Notes: generated from the sequence alone by a model not told the origin. A stretch of DNA of 64,000 nucleotides from Spirosoma fluviale (GCA_945883625.1 CAMCXW010000002.1:39479-103478), one strand, 5' to 3'. Shown: positions 18,606-29,112, counted from the stretch's first letter. Made by a program: numbers and translations.

Positions 18606-19781
18606 TTAATGTCGTGATAAATGCATCTTTTTTTGATATGTGAGTGCTTCTAAAAAATAGTAATCTGCGTATACAATGGGCGCATCGATTTCAAATCCGT
18701 TCGGTAATCCTCCGGTACTGTGTTTCAGTAAAAATCCATGATTAGTTCCCTCAGGTGCCAAATAAGTGGGCGTTGAAAGACTTGCAAGGATTTTTTCTGC
18801 TTTTTTGATATGGTCCTTCGCATACTTTGATTTCAATGAAGCTAATTGGAACAAGGCACTCGCTGTTACTGCGGCGGCTGAAGCATCCCGCGGCACATTT
18901 GGTATTTTGGGATCATCGAAATCCCAAAAAGGGATTAAATCAGATGGAAGGCGAGGGTGCGAGAAAATAAATTGAGCAATATTTTCGGCAAGTTGTAAAT
19001 ATTTTTTGTCGCCCGTTTCTCGGTAACAAACGGCGTAGCCATATAATGCCCAGGCTTGACCCCTGGACCAAGCAGATTCATCAGCGTATCCTTGGTGTGT
19101 ATTTTTCTTTTTTACCAATCCAGTCGTAACATCATAGTCAACTACATGAAACGAACTAAAATCGGGCCTAAAATGATTTCTCATTGTCGTGTTCGCATGA
19201 TTTACAGCAATCCGATAAAAGCTAGAATCTTTTGTTTGTTTGAATGCCCAAAAGAGTAGTTCTAAATTCATCATATTGTCAATTATAACCGGATAGTCCC
19301 ATTTATTTCTACTATGATCCCAAGAGCGAATAACACCTGTTTTAGGGTTAAATCGCGTACTTAAAGTTTTTGCGGATTGTAAAAGTATGGTTTTATACAT
19401 CTCACTAGCTTGCAACCGCCACCCATTTCCGAAGCTTCCCAGCATTTTAAATCCTAAATCATGTGTCCCTCCATTAAATTTCTCGCTTTCAATTTTTTGC
19501 GTATAAAATTCCGCCTTTTCTTTCCAATAGCTTTTTCCTGTTAATTCATATAAAAACCAAAGATTCCCGGGGTAAAATCCTGAGCACCAATCTCTAGGTG
19601 CGACTAAAATCAAGGAGTCATTTCGAACAGTCCGCGGACTAACTTTATTGCCTGCTGTTTGGCTAATTTCGGAAAGTTCGCGTAGAGAAACACTCATTTG
19701 GGCTTCCAATCTACTTATAAGCGAATTTTGAGCGAAAGAGTTAAACGAAATAAACAGAATAATACAAGTTGCTCTCAGCAT
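18606..19781 (-). CDS. GH88 unsaturated glucuronyl hydrolase
   Basis: WCSGFYPG, THDLGF, IRSWD, VIIDNMMNLELL, THQGYADESAWSRGQAW, YADYYFLEAL. Confidence 0.93.
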   Translation of the reverse strand: MLRATCIILFISFNSFAQNSLISRLEAQMSVSLRELSEISQTAGNKVSPRTVRNDSLILVAPRDWCSGFYPGNLWFLYELTGKSYWKEKAEFYTQKIESEKFNGGTHDLGFKMLGSFGNGWRLQASEMYKTILLQSAKTLSTRFNPKTGVIRSWDHSRNKWDYPVIIDNMMNLELLFWAFKQTKDSSFYRIAVNHANTTMRNHFRPDFSSFHVVDYDVTTGLVKKKNTHQGYADESAWSRGQAWALYGYAVCYRETGDKKYLQLAENIAQFIFSHPRLPSDLIPFWDFDDPKIPNVPRDASAAAVTASALFQLASLKSKYAKDHIKKAEKILASLSTPTYLAPEGTNHGFLLKHSTGGLPNGFEIDAPIVYADYYFLEALTYQKKMHLSRH

Positions 19782-19782
19782 A

Positions 19783-21705
19783 TTATTGGATGATAAACAG
19801 GTTTTTACCTTTTTGAGTTAGGTCGGCCGATTCAAATAAAATTCGTTGCACGGGACGATTGGACCACTTAGTTTTAAAGCTTTTATACTCGGGTCCATCA
19901 GTACTTGGTAAATCAACCGAAACAGTCCATTTCTTCGCGTCGTATTTGATGGAGTGGATATCTCCGGTCGTGGTCTTTAACGAAATGATTCCCGGTTTAG
20001 CTAAATCAATTTGACAAAGCGTCATAAAAGACTGCTGTAATTTGCTTTGCTTTTGCGTGAGCTCATACGCATCATTGATTTCAATTTGTTTTTTTACTTT
20101 GTTAAACTGAATGCTTCGTTGGTAATTCTTTATTCCTGCACTTTGAGGATACGCCTTCGCCAAATCCAAACTAATTCCACTCATTTTATCACCAATCGTA
20201 TGGGTTAGTTGGCCCGACTCAAATTCCCGCCCCGCTTTTTGTCCAACACCATTGATGGTAGGTAAATTATGATATTCTGACTGCGTAAACCAAAGATTAT
20301 AGCGTTGCGCTGAAAAGGTTCTAGCGGTATAATTCCCTCTTCCTGCATCAATAATGATCGGTTCTCCTTTTGCATAAAAAACAAAATCACCCACATCATT
20401 ATGATTATGCGATTCAGCGTTATGTCCCCCATGGGCAGCAAAAAATAAGTCATCGCTCCTAGATGTAAGCACTTCGATATCATTGAACCAATAATCAGTT
20501 AATGTTGGCTTCTCAATTTTTGCTTTGGGCATAGACGCGTAAGCCATCAAATTCCAAAGTTTTCGGTGTTTTTGATAACCTACAAATGTAATGGCCGGAT
20601 CAAAATTTTGACTCGCCCAAAGTCCGAAATTAGTCAATGGCTCATCATGAATAACTTGACCAAATCGATATAGCATAATCCCATCCGGTTTTAGGGTCGG
20701 GTCAGCATCTGCAAAATTGACAAAATAGTCATTTGAAATATGCATTTTATAGACATAGGAAGCCATTTTTTGAATAAATGGTTCATCGAAAATTTGACAT
20801 TTGTTATCGGTCGCCGTGGCTAAAACCTGCAAAGCATCGAAGGCACTTGCACCTGCTGCAAACCAATAAGATGGCCCTTCATCACAACCCGCATCTTCAC
20901 CCAAGCCATTAAAATATAAATCTAAATAGCCCATGTGGGTATAAAGCTGGTTCCCTCGTCTGATCTCATCTTTTTCTATCAATAAATTTGCCAACATAAT
21001 ATTGGAGACGATCCATGGATTCCAATTATTGACCGCCCTCGTTTTACTTAAATAGCCGTAGCGATTCTGGTCTAAAGATGGAGTTAGGATTTTTTTATTT
21101 ATTTCAAAATAAATTCGAGAACGCAATAATTTGGAAATTTTATCTAATTTTTCACCTACAAAATAATCGGTTAGGGCTAAGCCAACAGCAGTTTCGGCAC
21201 CAAAAAGGTCAACGGTAGGATCTTCTACATCAGGTAAATTTGTTTTCGCTTTTTGAACGCTTAAGTGAGCGGGTACACCCCAATAGGTTTCTTCACAAAT
21301 AGACCAAACATAGTTCATGATTTTTTCAGTGAAACGGTTCTTATCTTCTAATGTTTCTGCCATCACTAACTCCATCAAGCTATTTCGTTTCCCAAAAGAA
21401 ATCTTTCCGTGCTCCTCGCGATCACCGGATCGCAAGTATTCCATCAAGAGGGTCGCATCAATAGTAGGCACAGGTTTTTTTATAATATCCTCAGCCCGTT
21501 TAATGATTTCTTTTTGCTCCTCCAAAGGAATAATTTGACTCCATTCCTTACTTGTTTTGGGATAAGGTAGGTAGTTCTTTTGACTAATGAGCGATCTCAA
21601 AACGTCCTCCTTCGCAAATTTTTTAGTTAAAAAATTGCGCTGGGTAATTTGACCAGTGGAGGAAAAAAGAATCAATGCGAGGAAAAGAGTGAGTAACTTT
21701 TTCAT
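19783..21705 (-). CDS. Heparinase II/III family polysaccharide lyase (PL33-like)
   Basis: ICEETYWGVPAH, NNWNPWI, CDEGPSYW, VNFAD, GGHNAESHNHNDVG, IIDAG, HNLPTING. Confidence 0.85.
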   Translation of the reverse strand: MKKLLTLFLALILFSSTGQITQRNFLTKKFAKEDVLRSLISQKNYLPYPKTSKEWSQIIPLEEQKEIIKRAEDIIKKPVPTIDATLLMEYLRSGDREEHGKISFGKRNSLMELVMAETLEDKNRFTEKIMNYVWSICEETYWGVPAHLSVQKAKTNLPDVEDPTVDLFGAETAVGLALTDYFVGEKLDKISKLLRSRIYFEINKKILTPSLDQNRYGYLSKTRAVNNWNPWIVSNIMLANLLIEKDEIRRGNQLYTHMGYLDLYFNGLGEDAGCDEGPSYWFAAGASAFDALQVLATATDNKCQIFDEPFIQKMASYVYKMHISNDYFVNFADADPTLKPDGIMLYRFGQVIHDEPLTNFGLWASQNFDPAITFVGYQKHRKLWNLMAYASMPKAKIEKPTLTDYWFNDIEVLTSRSDDLFFAAHGGHNAESHNHNDVGDFVFYAKGEPIIIDAGRGNYTARTFSAQRYNLWFTQSEYHNLPTINGVGQKAGREFESGQLTHTIGDKMSGISLDLAKAYPQSAGIKNYQRSIQFNKVKKQIEINDAYELTQKQSKLQQSFMTLCQIDLAKPGIISLKTTTGDIHSIKYDAKKWTVSVDLPSTDGPEYKSFKTKWSNRPVQRILFESADLTQKGKNLFIIQ

Positions 21706-21895
21706 GATTAATGCGGTGGAATTAGGAAAAATTTAGAATTTTAATATCATTAAAATCAAAATAAATTGATATAATTTCACCAAATTAACACATTAATTTT
21801 GAAAAAATATAACTGACTCAACACGTTACCGTTCAGCGTTTGAAAGAATATCCAAATCAAAGACTTTTTTACCCCAACATTCAATCGGTCGAAAA

Positions 21896-23425
21896 ATGAA
21901 AAAAATATACCTTCTATTCGTGTTACTAAGTGCACCTTTATACGCACAAAAAAAACCAAACATCGTTCTTATTTTGGCGGACGATATGGGTTACAGCGAC
22001 ATTGGCCTAATGGGCTCCGAAATAAAAACCCCCAATCTTGACCTATTGGGTAAAAATGGTGTCTTATTTACCCAATTCTACAATGCAGGTCGTTGTTGCC
22101 CAAGCCGTGCCGCACTACTCACCGGAATGTATCCACATCAAGCAGGAATGGGGCTTATGGTTACAACCAAGCCATATGATAATTCCAAATCATTCACTCC
22201 ATATCAAGGATTTCTAAACCGCGAAACACCTACCATCGCCGAAGAACTACGGAAACATGGCTATCAGACCTTTATGTCAGGCAAATGGCACGTGGGTGAG
22301 CAACAAGAAGACTGGCCAAATCAGCGCGGATTTGATCATTATTTCGGACTTATTTCGGGAGCTACGAGTTATTATGAGGTTTTATCAAATCGCCAACTAA
22401 TCGAGGATAACAAAAAATACATTCCGTCTGATCAGTTTTATATGACGGATGCCATCAGTGACAAGGCAATCGCGTATCTAAAATCCGCCAATTCGAAAAA
22501 CCCATTTTTTCTTTATGTTGCCTATACAGCACCACATTGGCCTTTACACGCACCTGAAAATTTGATTGACCAATACCGAAAAACATACCAAAAAGGCTGG
22601 GAAAGACTAAGAGAAGAGCGATTTGCAAAACAAAAGAAAATGGGGTTGCTCCCGAGCGCGGATCAATTACCCGATATGGATCCAGGTGTCGCCCGGTTCG
22701 ATACCATAAAAAATCCGTCAATCTACATTGACAAAATGGCGACCTACGCTGCCATGATGCAAATCATGGATGAGGGAATCGGTCGCATCATGCAAGAAGT
22801 AAAAGCATCTGGCGAATGGAATAATACCATGTTTGTTTTTTTATCTGACAATGGCGCATGCCATGAACTACTTAATGACCGCGCGGCAAAAGACTTAGGG
22901 GAAGCTGGATACCAAAAATCACTCCATACGCCCGTTGGCGCCAAAGGCAGTTATACCACCTATGGCAAAGAATGGGCATCCGCCGGAAACACGCCCTTTC
23001 GCATGTATAAACATTGGATGCACGAAGGAGGTATCTCAACTCCATTAATTATTCACTACCCAAAATTAATCCCTAAAGGATTCCGAACTAATCAAGTTGG
23101 GCATATCATGGACCTTTTCCCCACGCTACTCGACATTGGAAAAATCAACCCATCTAAACCTATTCAAGGCAAAAGTTTATTGCCTATTTTAAAACAAAAA
23201 AACCGGGAAGAACACCCATTTATCGCCTGGGAACACCAAGGAAATCGAGCCATCCGAGAAGGGGACTGGAAATTAGTTTGGGATAACAACCTCAAAAAAT
23301 GGGAATTGTATAACTTGAAAAATGACCGCATAGAGGCCCATGATTTGGCAACTAAATTACCCGAAAAACGCCTAGATCTCATCAATAAATATACCCAATG
23401 GGCACAAAACATTGGCGTCAAATGA
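21896..23425 (+). CDS. S1 arylsulfatase
   Basis: PNIVLILADDMG, CCPSRAALLTG, GKWH, APHWPL, SDNG, NTPFR..K...HEGG. Confidence 0.94.
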   Translation: MKKIYLLFVLLSAPLYAQKKPNIVLILADDMGYSDIGLMGSEIKTPNLDLLGKNGVLFTQFYNAGRCCPSRAALLTGMYPHQAGMGLMVTTKPYDNSKSFTPYQGFLNRETPTIAEELRKHGYQTFMSGKWHVGEQQEDWPNQRGFDHYFGLISGATSYYEVLSNRQLIEDNKKYIPSDQFYMTDAISDKAIAYLKSANSKNPFFLYVAYTAPHWPLHAPENLIDQYRKTYQKGWERLREERFAKQKKMGLLPSADQLPDMDPGVARFDTIKNPSIYIDKMATYAAMMQIMDEGIGRIMQEVKASGEWNNTMFVFLSDNGACHELLNDRAAKDLGEAGYQKSLHTPVGAKGSYTTYGKEWASAGNTPFRMYKHWMHEGGISTPLIIHYPKLIPKGFRTNQVGHIMDLFPTLLDIGKINPSKPIQGKSLLPILKQKNREEHPFIAWEHQGNRAIREGDWKLVWDNNLKKWELYNLKNDRIEAHDLATKLPEKRLDLINKYTQWAQNIGVK

Positions 23426-24552
23426 AACTAGGTCTCGTATTCCTTTTGATTTCTTTTTCCAGTCAGGCCTTGGAAATCTATCCAAAGGAATTAATCGCAC
23501 AGACGTTGGAGAAGGCCAACAAACAACTAAGTCTAAAACCGGTCACCATCACCACGACCGTTTGTTCGCGTTCTGCCGGCGGAAAACACGATTTTTACTC
23601 TGAAGGAGATTATTGGTGGCCAGACCCTGCAAACCCTGATGGACCGTACATTCAACGCGATGGAGAAACGAATCCGGAAAATTTTGTCGCTCACCGAATC
23701 GCCATGATTCGCTTCAGCGATATTGTGGGCACCCTAGCATCCGCTTATAAACTTAGCCATCAAAAACGCTATGCAGTAGCGGCAGTCGACCATTTTAGGG
23801 CTTGGTTCATTGATCCCGAGACACGCATGAACCCTTCCCTTCTTTATGCGCAAGCAATCAAGGGAAAAGCAACCGGCCGAGGAATAGGCATCATCGACAC
23901 CATCCATTTTTTAGAGGTCATTAAAGCCTTAGAAGCACTTAAATCACAAATTTCCTCAGAAGATTATGCACAGATTGTCAACTGGTTTAAAGCGTATACC
24001 CAATGGCTAAGCACGCACCCCTATGGCCTGGCAGAACGGGATGCCCTTAATAATCATGGTACTTGTTGGGCACTCCAAGTAGCCGTTTTTGCCTCTTTTA
24101 CAGGCAATGCCGCACTCGTTGATTTTTGCAGAAAACGCTACATGCAGGTTTTTATACCAAACCAAATGGATCTAAATGGTTCTTTTCCACTTGAGTTAAA
24201 ACGCACCAAACCGTATGGATATTCACTCTTTAACCTAGACATCATGGCCACGCTAGCACATGTTCTTCAGGTATGGGATTGGAATATGCCCGACGGGCGT
24301 GGAATCCAAAGAGGAATTCAATTTTTACTACCCTACATTCAAGACAAATCCCAGTGGCAATACCCTGCCGATATCATGTATTTTGACGAATGGCCCATCG
24401 CTCAATCATGCCTCTTTTTCGCGGGTTTACACGGCAATAAAGTCGCCATGAACACGTGGAGAAAATTAAACCACTTCCCAAGCAATCAAGAAGTCATTCG
24501 AAATAGCCCCATACGAAATCCTATTTTATGGCATTCAATAGCAAACCAATAA
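23422..24552 (+). CDS. Alginate-lyase-family (PF05426) polysaccharide lyase, PL38-like
   Basis: ATGA overlap with the sulfatase stop gives a clean signal peptide MKLGLVFLLISFSSQA; HDFYSEGDYWWPDP, RDG, NNHG, ELKRTKPYGYSLFNL. Confidence 0.85.
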   Translation: MKLGLVFLLISFSSQALEIYPKELIAQTLEKANKQLSLKPVTITTTVCSRSAGGKHDFYSEGDYWWPDPANPDGPYIQRDGETNPENFVAHRIAMIRFSDIVGTLASAYKLSHQKRYAVAAVDHFRAWFIDPETRMNPSLLYAQAIKGKATGRGIGIIDTIHFLEVIKALEALKSQISSEDYAQIVNWFKAYTQWLSTHPYGLAERDALNNHGTCWALQVAVFASFTGNAALVDFCRKRYMQVFIPNQMDLNGSFPLELKRTKPYGYSLFNLDIMATLAHVLQVWDWNMPDGRGIQRGIQFLLPYIQDKSQWQYPADIMYFDEWPIAQSCLFFAGLHGNKVAMNTWRKLNHFPSNQEVIRNSPIRNPILWHSIANQ

Positions 24553-24586
24553 TTGATATTACAGCGTATTAGCCCTTTAATTACAT

Positions 24587-24952
24587 TTAATGCGCATATT
24601 TTTCTAACTCAGCTAATGAGATATAAGCTAAGGTCTGAATATGGGTGGCTTTCAAAATAACAGGTGGCGCCACGTGCGCATGATAGGCTTCAATCCACCT
24701 AGATACACATAGACACCATTTATCCCCTTCAACAAGACCTTTAAAACCATATGCTGGATAATCAATGGTCAAGTCATTTCCTCTACTTTTGGAATATTGT
24801 AGAAATTCATTCGTGACCACGGCACAAACAGTATGCGTTCCGCGATCATTTATATCCGTCCGACAGCAACCATCTCGGAAAGCTCCCGTCATGGGGCTTG
24901 TTCCACAAATCACCAACGGTTCTTCGTATACGTTCAAGGAATTAGCTGTCAT
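24587..24952 (-). CDS. DUF2237 family protein
   Basis: NVYEEPL..C...PMTG..RDGCC, HTVCA, GNDL, GDKWCLC..RW, APPV.L.ATH. Confidence 0.9.
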   Translation of the reverse strand: MTANSLNVYEEPLVICGTSPMTGAFRDGCCRTDINDRGTHTVCAVVTNEFLQYSKSRGNDLTIDYPAYGFKGLVEGDKWCLCVSRWIEAYHAHVAPPVILKATHIQTLAYISLAELEKYAH

Positions 24953-25089
24953 ATCGTATTTGGCTTATTTGTAAAAGTAAGCAAATTGGATTAAACAGGA
25001 ATAGCTACGACAAAATTGAGTCAAGAACAATGAACTTAAATTTTATTTTTTACGCATAAATACCTTACTTTAAAAACTAAACCTACCCA

Positions 25090-25872
25090 ATGAAAAAACT
25101 CCTACTTATCGCACTTTGCGGCATAGCTTTCCTATCCCAAGCAAAACCCAAGAAAGAAAAATGGATTCAGTTATTTAATGGCAAAAACCTTAAAAACTGG
25201 ACAGGTAAAATCCACCACCATGAGGTTGGCGAGAATTTTGGAAATACATTTCGCGCTGAAGATGGAATGATCAAGGTTCGATATGACCAATATGATCAAT
25301 TTAAAGAGCGATATGGTCATTTATATTTCAATAAACCTTTTTCACATTATAAACTTCGTTTGCAATATCGCTTTACCGGTGTTTGGCGAAAAGATGCGCC
25401 GATTTACACCGAGCGAAATTCTGGGGTTATGTTTCATTCCCAAGACCCGAAAACAATGCTCAAAGAACAAGATTGGCCCATATCGGTCGAAATGCAATTC
25501 CTCGGAATTTTGGCAGACGGAAAAACAAGACCCACTGGGAATATGTGCTCGCCCGGTACCGATGTTGTTTATCAAGGTAGAATCGATCCGAGGCATTGCA
25601 TCAACTCCAGCTCAAAAACATTTGAAAATGAACAATGGATAACCGCTGAATTAATTGTCCGTGGGGACTCTTTAGTTACACATATAATAAATGGAGAAAC
25701 GGTTTTGGAATATACCCAACCGCAGATAGGTGGTGGCGTGGCTAATCGCTATAATCCTGCTTTAAAAATTGATGGCCAACTACTAAAAAGTGGATTCATC
25801 GCACTTCAAAGTGAAGGACAAGAAATTGATTTTAAAAATATTGAACTATTGGATTTGTCTAAAGAGCAGTAA
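25090..25872 (+). CDS. DUF1080 (3-keto-disaccharide hydrolase family) secreted protein
   Basis: WIQLFNGKNLKNW, NSGV, EMQ, G.IALQSEG..IDFKNI; signal peptide. Confidence 0.9.
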   Translation: MKKLLLIALCGIAFLSQAKPKKEKWIQLFNGKNLKNWTGKIHHHEVGENFGNTFRAEDGMIKVRYDQYDQFKERYGHLYFNKPFSHYKLRLQYRFTGVWRKDAPIYTERNSGVMFHSQDPKTMLKEQDWPISVEMQFLGILADGKTRPTGNMCSPGTDVVYQGRIDPRHCINSSSKTFENEQWITAELIVRGDSLVTHIINGETVLEYTQPQIGGGVANRYNPALKIDGQLLKSGFIALQSEGQEIDFKNIELLDLSKEQ

Positions 25873-25880
25873 ACAACACA

Positions 25881-26891
25881 ATGTTTAAAAATATAATAGG
25901 TTTAATATTCTTCTTTTTAACATACAACGCACACGCGCAGTTTCAAAAATACACCTATGAAACGCAGCGCATGGGCTCCCCATTTCAGATTACAATTTCA
26001 TGCGCAGATTCAACCGGAATTTCCAAAGCGGTAAAACGCGCTTTTCAGTTGGCCGCACACTTAGAAAGCGACCTAAGTGATTACCAACCAAATTCGGAAC
26101 TCAGCCACGTAAATCGGCTAGCAGGAAGCGGTACGTTTTATCCCATTCACGAACCATTTCGAGCTATTTTGAAGCAATCCCTCTATGCACAAAAATTTAC
26201 GCAAGGAGCTTTGAATGTATCCGTGGGTAGACCCGTCGGGCTGTGGCGACAGGCGCGGAAGCTAGGAAAAATGCCTGATTTGGGGGAGTTGCGCCAACTA
26301 GCCTTAAAGATACAAGGAACGTGTTTGGAATTTTCAGCCGATTCCACAGAGGTCAGGCTGCTTGACACGGCATGCCAGCTGGACCTTGGGTCGTTGGGAA
26401 AGGGGTTCGTGGCCCAACGGGTTTTGGAGGAATTGAAGACACTTGGCTTTCCCTATGCGCTCGTTGACGCAGGTGGAAAAATCGTCATGACAAGCCAAGG
26501 GCCTACCGATTTGCCCTGGCAAGTGGGCATCGAAATACCTGCATCCAATGCAACCTTACCCGAATTACTCACACTTAAGCATGTCGCTGTGGCAACTAGC
26601 GGAAAAACGTATCAGTCGGTGCGCCTCGGTGACCAACAATATTCACATGTGATAGATCCAAGAACCGGAATGGCCTTAACACATGCTCGATCTGCAACAG
26701 CCATAGCGGTGGACGGGACTTTGGCCGACTGGCTAGCGACGGCCGCTACAGTAATGACCTTGCAAGAAATTGAAAAATTAGTAGTAAAATTGGGAAACGT
26801 TCGCTTACTCGTTTTAGAAAATGAAACTGGTGAACCCAAAATCCTATTCAACTATAAACTGATTCCATATGAGGCAACTCGTATTTATTAG
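25881..26891 (+). CDS. apbE: FAD:protein FMN transferase (ApbE)
   Basis: MGS, S.Y...SELS.VN, LDLGSLGKG, VDAGG, VATSG, HVIDPRTG, ADWLATA. Confidence 0.9.
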   Translation: MFKNIIGLIFFFLTYNAHAQFQKYTYETQRMGSPFQITISCADSTGISKAVKRAFQLAAHLESDLSDYQPNSELSHVNRLAGSGTFYPIHEPFRAILKQSLYAQKFTQGALNVSVGRPVGLWRQARKLGKMPDLGELRQLALKIQGTCLEFSADSTEVRLLDTACQLDLGSLGKGFVAQRVLEELKTLGFPYALVDAGGKIVMTSQGPTDLPWQVGIEIPASNATLPELLTLKHVAVATSGKTYQSVRLGDQQYSHVIDPRTGMALTHARSATAIAVDGTLADWLATAATVMTLQEIEKLVVKLGNVRLLVLENETGEPKILFNYKLIPYEATRIY

Positions 26892-27756
26892 TCTTTTGTT
26901 TTCACATGCGCTATGGGGGCAGGGTCTAAAATCCTACCAACAATCCATTCCGGAGACACGCGTTAATTTCGATATGGTGGCCATTCCTTCCGGAAACTTC
27001 ATTTTTGGTCAAACAGAAAAACAGTCGGGAGAAAAAATACAAGTTCCTGCTTTTTGGATGGGTAAAACGGAGGTGACTTATGATGAATATCAATTGTTTT
27101 TTGAGGAATCCCGTGACCCAGAACCAAAGCCGCCTAAAGAAGGGCCTGATGCGGTGACTAGACCGAGTCCGCCGTATATTGATTTTACCTTGGGAATGGG
27201 AAAAGTGGGTGGATTCCCCGCAAATTCCATGCAACAATATGCAGCGCTGATGTATTGCAAGTGGCTCTATGCAAAAACAGGCATTTTTTACCGCCTACCC
27301 ACCGAGATTGAATGGGAATATGCAAGCAAAGCCGGTACTGAAATTCCCGCGGATAAACTGACAGATTATGCTTGGTTTAAAGGCAATTCAAATGAAAAGT
27401 ACCAACAAGTTGGCCTAAAAAAACCGAACGCCTTTGGACTACACGACATGCTTGGAAATGTCTCAGAATGGGTCTTAGATCACTATGATGAAGTTTATCC
27501 ACGGAAGGATAGTCCAGTCTTCATAGACAAATATGCCGATGCGGTTGTTCGCGGAGGGAATTTTCAGGATGAGGCAATTCAAGTTCGGCCGACGGCCCGA
27601 ATGGCGGCAGATCCGATCTGGAACCGACGAGACCCGCAAGTACCCAAAAGTATCTGGTGGAATGCGGATGCTCCATTTGTAGGCTTTCGGATTATGCGAC
27701 CAGCCAAGCAACCCACCAAACAAGAGATTAATACATTTTTTGAAAAATACTTATAA
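26869..27756 (+). CDS. FGE/SUMF1-fold secreted protein lacking the catalytic cysteines
   Basis: MVAIPSG, TEVT, RLPTEIEWEYA, PNAFGLHDMLGNVSEW, VGFR; RGGNFQDE replaces RGGSFLC....C. Overlaps the apbE stop. Confidence 0.88.
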   Translation: MRQLVFISLLFSHALWGQGLKSYQQSIPETRVNFDMVAIPSGNFIFGQTEKQSGEKIQVPAFWMGKTEVTYDEYQLFFEESRDPEPKPPKEGPDAVTRPSPPYIDFTLGMGKVGGFPANSMQQYAALMYCKWLYAKTGIFYRLPTEIEWEYASKAGTEIPADKLTDYAWFKGNSNEKYQQVGLKKPNAFGLHDMLGNVSEWVLDHYDEVYPRKDSPVFIDKYADAVVRGGNFQDEAIQVRPTARMAADPIWNRRDPQVPKSIWWNADAPFVGFRIMRPAKQPTKQEINTFFEKYL

Positions 27757-27774
27757 ACTAAACCAGTTAAACGA

Positions 27775-29112
27775 ATGAAAAATACAAGACGAGATTTCGT
27801 GAAGCAAACAGGCTTAACGGCGAGTGGAATAATTCTAGCCCCTTGGGCAGCAAATGCATTTTCAGGCCAAAGCCTGGTAAACGATACCCTAAAAGTTGCC
27901 TTAATCGGCTGCGGGGGGCGTGGGACAGGCGCGATTACGCAAGCCTTAAGCACGAAGGAAAACATACAATTAGTTGCGATGGCAGACGTATTTCGGGATC
28001 GCTTGGATGGCTGCTATGCAAGTCTGATGAAATCCCGCGCAAAGGATGCATCAGCTAAAGCAATTCCGGTAAGTCAAAAGGTAAATGTACCTGAGGATCG
28101 AAAATTTACTGGTTTTGATGGGTATAAAAAGGCGATGGAATTAGCTGATGTGGTCATCTTAACAACGCCACCGGGCTTCCGTCCAATGCATTTTGAAGAA
28201 GCTGTAGCTCAAGGAAAGCAAATTTTCATGGAGAAGCCTGTGGCAACAGATCCAGCAGGAATCCAGCGCGTTTTAGATGCGGCGAAAATTGCAAAGCAAA
28301 AGAAGCTTAACGTGGTCGTTGGCCTACAACGCCATTACCAAAACTCATACCGTGAGATTATGAAGCGTATTCAGGATGGCCAAATTGGTGATGTAGTTTC
28401 AGCGTCTTGTTGGTGGAATAACGATGGCGTTTGGGTAAAACCGCGAAAGGAAGGACAGACGGAGATGGATTATCAATTACGGAATTGGTATTATTTTAAT
28501 TGGATTTGCGGAGATCATATTACCGAACAACATATTCACAATATTGACGTCATCAACTGGGTAAAAAATGGATATCCGGTGCGTGCGCGCGGAACAGGTG
28601 GACGTGAGGTTCGAAAAGGCAAAGATTACGGTGAAATTTTTGATCACCACATCGTTGAATTTGAATATGCGGACGGTACGATATTGAATAGTCAGTGTAG
28701 GCATATCCCAGGTACATGGACCAAAGTAGACGAGCATGTCATTGGTACCAAAGGAAAAGTGCATTTTGATGCGGCAAAGATTTTAGATTCCAAGGGCAAT
28801 GTCCAATTTGCATTTGACAAAAAGACCAAAGAAAATAATCCATACCAAACCGAGCATGATGAGTTATGGGCAACTGTGGCTGCAGGTGAATATAAATTTG
28901 CAGATGCAGAAAATGGAGCTTATTCAACGATGACATCGATTTTAGGCCGAATGGCAACCTATTCCGGCCAAGTCATTGAGTGGGATAAGGCCATCAATTC
29001 AGGTATTAATATTGCTCCATCTCGATTTGCTTGGGATGCAGATATGCCATCTAAACCGGATGCAAATGGATTATATACCGTAGCAGTACCCGGAAAAACG
29101 AATTATTTTTAG
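27775..29112 (+). CDS. Tat-exported Gfo/Idh/MocA oxidoreductase
   Basis: TRRDFVK leader, IGCGGRGTGA, EKPVA, GLQRHY, EQHIHNIDV. Confidence 0.92.
   Translation: MKNTRRDFVKQTGLTASGIILAPWAANAFSGQSLVNDTLKVALIGCGGRGTGAITQALSTKENIQLVAMADVFRDRLDGCYASLMKSRAKDASAKAIPVSQKVNVPEDRKFTGFDGYKKAMELADVVILTTPPGFRPMHFEEAVAQGKQIFMEKPVATDPAGIQRVLDAAKIAKQKKLNVVVGLQRHYQNSYREIMKRIQDGQIGDVVSASCWWNNDGVWVKPRKEGQTEMDYQLRNWYYFNWICGDHITEQHIHNIDVINWVKNGYPVRARGTGGREVRKGKDYGEIFDHHIVEFEYADGTILNSQCRHIPGTWTKVDEHVIGTKGKVHFDAAKILDSKGNVQFAFDKKTKENNPYQTEHDELWATVAAGEYKFADAENGAYSTMTSILGRMATYSGQVIEWDKAINSGINIAPSRFAWDADMPSKPDANGLYTVAVPGKTNYF

Noticed and set aside
22350-22370. SGAT in the arylsulfatase (and VNSGAT in both SusC N-domains) as ApbE targets
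   Set aside because: No Asp in the DxxSGAT register and they sit in ordinary folded-domain sequence.
26869-27756. Second sulfatase-maturing FGE
   Set aside because: Lacks the catalytic cysteine pair; only the fold is shared.
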